The position numbers and the translations under genes were made by a program. A stretch of 64,000 nucleotides of DNA from Ramazzottius varieornatus (taxonomy: Eukaryota > Animalia > Tardigrada): positions 178,973 through 242,972 of the forward strand of contig BDGG01000012.1 of the NCBI GenBank assembly GCA_001949185.1, given 5' to 3'. This document shows, piece by piece, positions 55,899-64,000 of this stretch (position 1 is its first letter; the number at the start of each line of letters is the position of its first letter). The notes below the pieces were generated by a model that was not told where the DNA came from, searched no databases, and saw only the letters and a program-made list of their open reading frames with translations.

Positions 55899-57063
55899 AA
55901 CAGTCTCTCATCAAAGCTAAACCTGCAAACAGGAATTTGTTCGAAAGCAGACTGGATCGGTAAGAGCCACGACATGAGATCGGTCCCGAGTTTTATGCTC
56001 ACATTACTATGGGAACTCCGAGCGTCGATCACTTGGCCGTCAGTATCTTCTGGAAGAACACCCTCAAAACCGAACGAGTCGCGAACAGCTGGCTCGAGAG
56101 GACCCAGAGGAGTTTGCAATGATCTTCTGGAGCATCAGCCGATAGCACCAGCCGGTGACCGGAAGTTGACCTGCAGCGCCATCTGTGGGTTGCCTCGCCT
56201 GAATGCAAGCTGGTAAACAAGTCAGGCAAATCAAATAGACACCAGTGTATGAGCGGATCCGCACATAACAACGCGAAAGCGTCCAAATGGCGGAATGGGC
56301 GGGGCCGAAGTGAATTTCCTACCTCTATCCAATCAGGCCGACATTTTTTTCCCCATTCGCGCCATATCAAAAGGCCAGCAGCTTGCGTTCTGCTTGCTAG
56401 TCGATTGCTCCACCTAAAAATCGAGCCTGTAGAAACTTTGAATTAAGCGAAGGGACAATTGCTTTGAGGTTGATAGGTTGGCAAGAGAGCAGAGACAATT
56501 TTTTTTCGTAACACTGGATCGCCGAGGCTAGTCGACCGAAAGTCTCCATCTGCAAGCCGGATTTCCCGTGGCGCATGTGACTTAAACGGTTAATTTGGAA
56601 AGGTGTCATCTTTAACAGCAGGATTTGGATTCGTCTATATTCCAGAAAAGCAACGGTGGAGGAAGGAGTTTGATCGATTGAAGCTGGGAAATCGGAAAGG
56701 TAGGTTGACTAGGTTCTGTTTTTAATTTCTATCGCATTTTCAGACATGGACTTTTGTGTGTACGCTATCGAGCGCCATAAACGCTGTCGGAAATGGTGTC
56801 GTGGGTAGCCGTACGGTACGATACGTTCAAACGTGGCGACGTCAGCGTTACTATCTGTCGTCGACTCGTCGGTGTCGTGGACTTAACACCAGGTAGAAAG
56901 GGTAGCGATGAGTGACGTCATGCGTGAATGATTGTCTAATCATTTTACTGTCATCTGGTCGTTTTGTCGACTCGTCCATATCGAGACTGCGGTGGGGGAG
57001 CGGCAGATTCCGTTAATGCTACAGTGCAAATAAAGGGTGCCTTTCTTCTTCTTAAAGGGAATC

Positions 57064-58440
57064 ATGTCGACAAACGGGGAAACCGCAACTGCGACTACGG
57101 CTTCGGAAACGCAAGTAGAGCCTGGCATGGATGCTTCGTCCAACAAGCAAATCAACCAGAAGAAGGGTGCTGAGGCGGTCGACGGCGCTGCGGAATCGAA
57201 GCCTGCCACTGACAGATCCAGCGCAAATGGCGAAAGCAACGGTATGGCTCGCAAGGACAATCATTCCGCCAACTCTGAACAGAAGGGAGACGACCTGTCG
57301 AAGCCCGGCGAGAAATATTCATCGAACAAGAAACCGGTGGGGAAACATTTTTCATCCTCCAGTGTCTGCTGTGTTTTCCCTAAGACTTGTTTTTGTAAGC
57401 ATGTACGGTTGTTTTGTAGGAAGACAATGCGGATCTCGAGGCAGGCAAAGCCAACGCAGAGTTCACCAAATCTGCGGAGAAAGCTAACGATAAGTCCTCC
57501 GACGAGAAGTCTCCTGCTTCGGCCGCGAATGGCGAGAAAGCCACGGAGGCAGGTAAGAAAGACAAGGAGGGAACGTCTGAGGCGTCGCCTGCTAAGCGCG
57601 GACGTGGTCGACCTCCAAAGGGTGCTGCGAATGGGGCTAAGAAGGACACTAAGAATGACTCGCCGCAGAAGAGCCAACCAGGACGCAGGGCCAAGCAGGC
57701 CAAAGAGCCCGAACCAGATGATTATTCCGAAGATGAGGACTTGGAGGAGGACGATGAGAGCGAGTCCGCCAGCGATATCTCAGAGGAAGATAGTGACACA
57801 GACAAGAAGAAGAAAAAGAAGGGCGCTGCCAAAGGAAAAGGTGGGAGCGGTGGAGGGAAGAAGCGAGGTCGACCTCCAGGGAAGAAAGCTGGCGCCTCAG
57901 GTAACTTTTTGGTATCACGAGCGCGACTGTGAATGGCAGTCACGGGAAATGATTTAGCGTCTTAGTTACTTCGCCCACTTTTCTACGACGTACCTGTCAA
58001 GGCCGTGCTGGACACAATTATGACTGGTGTTTCGTAGAAAAAGAGCAGACTCTTGAGCCTAAATTAACTCTTCTCAAGAGCCGACGTTTACTTGAACATT
58101 GGTTCCTATTTTAGCCAAGAAGAGTCCGGCTCGAGGAAAGCGAAAGCGTGACGAAACCGATGAAGACGAAGAGGACGACGTAGAGTACGATGATGAGGAG
58201 GACGAGAAGCCCAGCAAGAAGGCTTCGCCCTCGAAGCGTGGACCAACGCGAGCCGCTCGAGGCAAAGCCACAAGTTACAAGGAGAAAAACGAAGAAGATG
58301 ACGAAGATGAGGGCATGGATGACCTGGACGAGAAACCCGCTGCGAAAGGCAAGGCTGCTTCTGCGGCCAAGACTACAGGTGGTGGCCGCGGACGAGGAAG
58401 ACCGAAGAAGGCTAAGTTCGATGAAGACGATGACGAGTAG
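57064..58440 (+). CDS. Intrinsically disordered chromatin protein with three AT-hooks and acidic tracts (HMGA/D1-like); 3 exons
   Basis: KRGRGRPPK, KKRGRPPGK and GRGRGRPKK; D/E runs; introns ~57337-57419 and ~57901-58113. Confidence 0.8.
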
Positions 58441-59356
58441 AAGGAATACTTTGTTGAATGACTTGTAATGACTGGCACATTTCGAACTGCAAATCAACTT
58501 GAATAATCTGCAAATATTCCTTGATAGAGTATCTCCTCTGGTCGTTGTCAATATTGTACCATTCGTCTTGTGGTTTCACCTGGGCATGGCTCGAGTTTGA
58601 CACATTCTCCGTTTTGTCGCGTGTGCTTGTTGTACTTTTTTGTCTTATTTTATGAAGGTCTGCTTCGAGGGCCGGAAGTTTTGCTGATGGCTGCTTATTT
58701 TGCTCCGCCATTAAATACCAATGCCTAAACCGCTGTGGTTGACTCGTCATTCGTTAGACGGTCGACAGAACACTGGAGTCACACATCGGAAACCTGCATA
58801 CAGCAGGGTGGGCGTTTACCACGCTGTTCGAGTAGGCAGGTTCGTTCGAAGTGAGCCTCTCGGCTCTCGAAACAATTTCCATCCCGAAACACTTTGTTGT
58901 AGTTTTCCAACGAGGAACCTACCATTAATTGTATTATGAGCAGCTATAATTTGGTTTCTTGAAAAGGTTGGTTGGTGGGATTTATTGGAAGATCACAGCG
59001 GACCGGAATATTTCATCCGTCCAAAAAGGTATCACACCGTACAACACTAAAAGCAGACCAACCATCTCGAAACATGAACAAAAGAATAAAATCCAAAATG
59101 ACTGGGTGAATACTACATCAAGAGTTCAAACCCAACAATTACGAGAAGAAGACCAGCACAGCGGGAATTTTGGTAAGTGCGAACCGAAGGCTAAAAACTA
59201 TCAACTGAGCGGTTAATGGTCACTGCTTTTAGGAACGCCAAAATAACAAAGTAAGCAACACAAACATTATTATATCGTATGTGCAGCTCTCATACTCTAG
59301 AGGATATTTCTTTGCATTACAAAACCTCGAGGCACGTTTCCGGCAAGCTCTTTTCC

Positions 59357-60733
59357 CTACTTGCACCCGCAACCCTTCTTGTTGGTCCTTCCAAGGCCTT
59401 CGTGGAGCCGCTGCCCTTGTGGCTCGTTGGCTCCGTTCCTCTGAAGCTGGCGTTTCTTGTTCTCGAGAACCAAGCTCGTTATCGACAAAAACATCTGCCA
59501 ACAAACAGCCGTTAGAACAAGCCCTCGTAACACAGTCTAAAAGATGAGCGGGACGTGGACAAATAATCTGAGCCAGATTGTTTTTCAAGTGGCGCAGCCT
59601 GTTGGCCAATACCAATGAAAACGTACGCCACTTGAGACAACAATCTAGTTTGATTCTCTAGCCCAATAAATTACCTCTTCAACGTTCCGGTTATCTTTCG
59701 CACTAGTTTCGAAGAGAGGGATACCGGAAGCATCTGCAATGCGTTTGGCATCGCTCGTTAAGACAACTTTGCGGTCGGGATCGTCGTCTTTATTGCCGAC
59801 TAGTACAAAACACCATAGCTCGCGTACTGACATATGCATAATTCTTCTTGGAAGTTGAAACAGGGGACTACCTAAAACTCTGCTGACATCTTCGCAGTTG
59901 TGCTCAATTTCCTCCAGCCACCTTTTGATATTGGCGAATGATTCGCCGTTTGTAACATCGTAGACTACCACCACACCGTGGGTCCCTCGGTAGTACGTGG
60001 AAGTGATGGTGCGGAATCTTTCCTGTCCTGCAGTGTCCCATATTTGAAGCTTGACTTTTTCGCCCATAATATCTAGGAAGCACATACACAGGTTAAAACT
60101 TAGTTTGTTCACGAGATTTACTGAGCATAAAATCAGGAAGTCAAACGCACCGACTGTTCTTATCTTGAAGTCGACTCCAATCGTTGTTATGTAAGAGCCT
60201 GCGATGGAGGAAAAGAGAATGCACCTTGTTCAGTAAGAGCACTGAGATGAGAGACGAGATGGTGATTTGCTATTGTGCGCAGTGGTTAAACAACAACATT
60301 CCACCCCTGTTATTCTCCGAATTCGGGCGGTGGCACTCATCAGCATCGACACACCGAGCATCATGAAGCCATCTGATTCACTAAACCAAGAGCTGAAAGA
60401 GCATACCTGTGAACGTTCCATCGGAAAATCGTAATAGTAAGCTGCTCTTCCCGACACCTACAACAAAAAAACAAAACTTGGATTAAGATACCATATAAAT
60501 TCTGCTGCTTGTATACGTCACCAGAGGATCAATATTTTTTCGGTCTTGAAGTCTCGTCTACTCCACGCAGCCCATACGAGCCTTCCCGTCCTGGAGCAAG
60601 TGGACGGGAACGACGTACACGAAGATATGTTAGGTTCTCTCTGAAGATGCTTAGTCAGAAAAATCTTCCTTCACTTACCGCTGTCACCGATTATAAGGAG
60701 TTTGAACAGGTGGTCATAGTCCTTCTTCGCCAT
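59357..60733 (-). CDS. RAB35: Rab35 small GTPase; 6 exons
   Basis: [72 protein letters not shown]; C-terminal KKGCGCK. Confidence 0.92.
59550..59664. repeat. Family A element (Rab35 intron 59495-59674)
   Basis: AGATTGTT..TCAAGTGGCG / CGCCACTTGA..AACAATCT; N25 core. Confidence 0.85.
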
Positions 60734-61802
60734 CTTCGTACCTACAGGTCCAATGCGGAAACGTCAAATGAAGACAGAAGAAGCTGAGAACTTGAGCACG
60801 ATTCAAAGCTCGGAGATTCTGCGGAGGAACGAATGGAAAAATGGAAGAAGTAAAATGACTATCCAAAGTTTCCTATGGCTCAGCCTTCCATTCTGGCTCA
60901 GCTGACAATCAAGACGTCAAGCAATCAACGCATCACCAGCTTACTGCACCCACGCATGTCACGATGTGAGGGACAGTGAGTCATACTCATACCATGACGT
61001 GTTGACATAACACAGCACTTACTCCATGTAAACAAAGGCTGGCGGTAAAGTCGACGTGGTGCCCGGACACCGGTCAAGATGGCCACAAGCTGCGGTATCT
61101 CGTCGCGGACAGTACAGTTTGTAAGATCTTTTGATTTCTTCCTTAAGTGCTCGTTTCGGAACAGAAGAACACCAGCTGCAATGTCGTTCCTGACTTCCTC
61201 GTCGAAAATAGTTGGCATCCCGAAGCAACGCATTTGTCAGAGAAGTCGTCCTTACGAAGCTCTTTATTCGCGCGCCATGTTCAGAGCCAATAGATCGATA
61301 TTCGTGAGACATGGTACGCGTTCTACCGTAGAGGCCGTGGAGATAGTTACGATGGATATACGACAGAGGAAAACTTACAGGAAGACCCATAATAAAAACC
61401 CTTATTTTCGAACGATGATACGACAGCCGTTTAATCCATCTCGGAGTTCTGCGTGCCAGTTTTGGGGACAGTACTGCCAAGGAGGGATATGACATGAATG
61501 TATTCTCGGGCCAACCCACAAGGTTTCGTATTTATGCTCTTTATTTCACCTCCGGCAGTCTCTCCGCCGATCGTGCTGTTAATGTCGCTAGGCGCTTTGG
61601 TGGCTTTTTCACTTATATTAATTCCTTCGTTTGTCCCTGTTGACAGTCCCCGCTATTGGGTATGAATTTATCCGACTGTAGCCCAGTGTTTGATCTGTTG
61701 TGAGCATGCGACTTCTTCTTGTTGTTTGATTCTGACACAGCAATTGTCGCACCGATATGAAATAGAGTAAAATACCTGCAACAACGACTGCATTCCAACG
61801 AC

Positions 61803-62511
61803 ATGATCATCAGACAAGGATGTGCTAAGCTTCTGCGAGTACTACCGAGTCCTCCCGAGGGGCTACGTGCACTGTTCGCCCTGGGCTCTTGCAAGAAACA
61901 TCGGACGATATGGCTAAGTTTGCTCGCAGTCTTTACCTGCTCCCTCATTGCATATGTCCTAAAGGATCCTGTATGCCACTTGGTAATGTCCAATAGTTTC
62001 ATGCGCGCCAAAGGTGGGAGACCCTCCTCCTTTCCAAAGAGCAGTGGCGGTTCCAGAACGACTTCTTCGAAATCGAAAACACATCAGCATACCGGAAGCT
62101 TTCCGCCTGTGTATGGGTTCTCGGCATATAGCACAGCCATGATCCATCCACGCGTAAGAGACGTCTTTATGTCCGAAGTATTCTGGAAGTCCTTCGTGGC
62201 GACCTCGGCGTCTTTGCTCTGCATTACCGGTGGAGCTTTCCTTGCCTACACCAAGATAACGCAGAAGCGCCGGCGCGAACTGGACGAAATTTACAAGGTA
62301 TGACACGACTTCCGGGTTGAATATTTAGAATTTAAAAATACTTTATTCAGGTTTCATGCTTTGTTTTCAGAAACGTCGTGGCGATGTGCATCACATGCAA
62401 CGTATTCGGCATTTATACGGCCTTCAGCTCGAGGACAATCCCTATTTGAACTCTCAGGACGAGGATACCCCAGAGACGGAACTTGAAAATCCCGCTACAG
62501 CAGAAACTTAA
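61803..62511 (+). CDS. Hypothetical membrane protein (two hydrophobic segments); at least 2 exons
   Basis: 166-codon ORF with AAG|GTATGA donor, TTTTCAG acceptor at ~62370 continuing in frame to TAA at 62509-62511; no family recognised. Confidence 0.45.
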
Positions 62512-62765
62512 AACTGTAAATAAACTCTGAGGGAAGAAAACTGATATAAACTCAGTCAGCAAACGCTTTTGATAATAAACTCTGGCGACGGAAAACTCAC
62601 CATTGGGAAACAAAAGCTGCGGCGGAAATAACTTATTCTAGTCTAATGTTTTCTCATCACTCGGAGGACGTCAAATTATTATTAGTAACATTGTCCCACC
62701 GGTTTATAGCTGCCATAGAGGAAAAGGGAGGTAGGAAAGCGGTAACGGAGATCGGGAAATACTAT

Positions 62766-63897
62766 CTAGGATGCTTTGACCGAAGAAGCTCCGAAGTTAG
62801 TGCGGATGACTTGTCCGGCTTCCAGAGGTGGTTCCATTCGAGCGCGGAGTTCTTCGAGCGCGAGCGAGGTAGAAATATTCGGTTGGGGCAATGTCGCGAT
62901 ACCGATCGGAGACCCGGTCTTTTCTTCTTCGGCCTTCGCCTTGGCTTCTTCCGGCGACCCGAAGTGAGGTCGCTGTGAGTCTTGACGGTATACCAAGTTG
63001 CACTCGACTTCCACCGGTCCGTCGTAACCGTTATCGGGTAGGTTCTCAATGAAGCTGACGTACTCTGCCGGGAGATCGCTTTCTCGAGCTCCCGTAGTCA
63101 TGACTCGCTTGTAGACGACAGAAGGCAAAGCGTTCTCTTCGTAAGGCAGAGTCATTTGATAGGTTCGAGCTTTCAACGTGCAACCTTCCGCGGTGGTGAC
63201 GTCAATGGCAAGAGGTCGATACAATCCCAGGTGAACTCCTTCCTGCCTGTAACAAGGAAGTGCATGAATGTCAGTGTTCCTGTGTTACGGGACCTTGCCA
63301 TCTATGCGTTAGCATGGCTCTGGTGTCGACAGTAAATCGATATGGCCATTGGCTGGATTATTTTTAGATGTAACGCTCGAGTATCTCGGGCCATGAAAAG
63401 GATATTCACTTACAATACGTGGAAAAAGTACGGAAGAAATTTGATATTTGGGATGTCGGCAACCGAACTGAACATAATCGTCATCTGAGGTGGCGCACGT
63501 TCCCATTGTCGTTGGCCGACAGTGTGCGCGACTTGGGAAAACCATCGTTTTCAAGTCATTTGCTGACGTCCCATCTATGTATGAACTTTTTATTGGAGAC
63601 TCACAAATCGAGCGCCGGAAGATCGGCACTACGAATCACCCAAATGCATCCCCACATGGAATCCTTGTCGCTTTCTTTGATGGTTGCAACATGTCCGCGC
63701 CATCGTAGGCTGTTGTAATTGAAAGCTAAATGATATCCCTTCAAACGGGCCGGACACAAGCGAGTGGCACTCGGACAGTTAATATGAATTCGCTCAGCGA
63801 AGAGGTTGCTTCCATAGGCAAAGTAATAAAACGTCGGTTCCTTTTCCTTCTCGCCGTGAACCGGAACTTGGCGGGCGTTATCATCGGACTGGACCAT
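62766..63897 (-). CDS. GGCT: Gamma-glutamylcyclotransferase; 2 exons visible, may extend 5' beyond the window
   Basis: YFAYGSNL, WRGHVATI, WGCIW, LD.QEGV..G.Y, PS..YK.V...GA.E..LPAEY; intron 63247-63604. Confidence 0.9.
63450..63572. repeat. Family A element (GGCT intron)
   Basis: GGGATGTCGGCAA / TTGCTGACGTCCC ends; N25 core. Confidence 0.85.
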
Positions 63898-64000
63898 GGT
63901 GGAAGGATGCAGGCCTCCGATGGAAGAAGAGGAAAGGAAGCGAACAAGTACTGCGGGGAATGACTGATGGGGAGCAGAAAGAAAGCAGAGCTTCCTGGCT

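Noticed and set aside
57064-58440. Calling the AT-hook protein Dsup
   Set aside because: Similarity is limited to composition and one short motif; it does not match Dsup overall.

Overview
Gene-dense eukaryotic (animal) DNA, not prokaryotic. It holds about 22 compact protein-coding genes with short GT-AG introns (mostly 50-100 nt), many in head-to-head pairs. Compactness, intron size and gene content suggest a small invertebrate genome; a tardigrade such as Ramazzottius is plausible but this is inference only. Gene order: two tandem SDR16C-type dehydrogenases, a YTH-domain protein, scribble (16.5 kb), NEDD8, ANP32-like, double-THAP protein, PDRG1, an MGC-start Q/P-rich protein, RPS26, an LRR-TM receptor, a divergent ARF, an SLC22 transporter, two OCIA-domain genes, TAF10-like, a reeler protein, an intronless bacterial-looking gluconokinase, radial spoke head RSPH4/6, an AT-hook disordered protein, Rab35, an unknown membrane protein and GGCT. 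The main unexplained structure is a dispersed ~120-bp palindromic element ('family A'). I found it at 18 loci (23 cores), every one inside an intron, across 11 genes. Its core is AAGTGGCGCAC-N25-GTGCGCCACTT; the spacer is exactly 25 nt in 19 of 23 cores although its sequence is highly diverged, and the arms show copy-specific changes that preserve pairing. A second, TA-flanked MITE family ('family B') has two copies. Gene models were spliced by eye, and repeat boundaries are approximate (a few nt).
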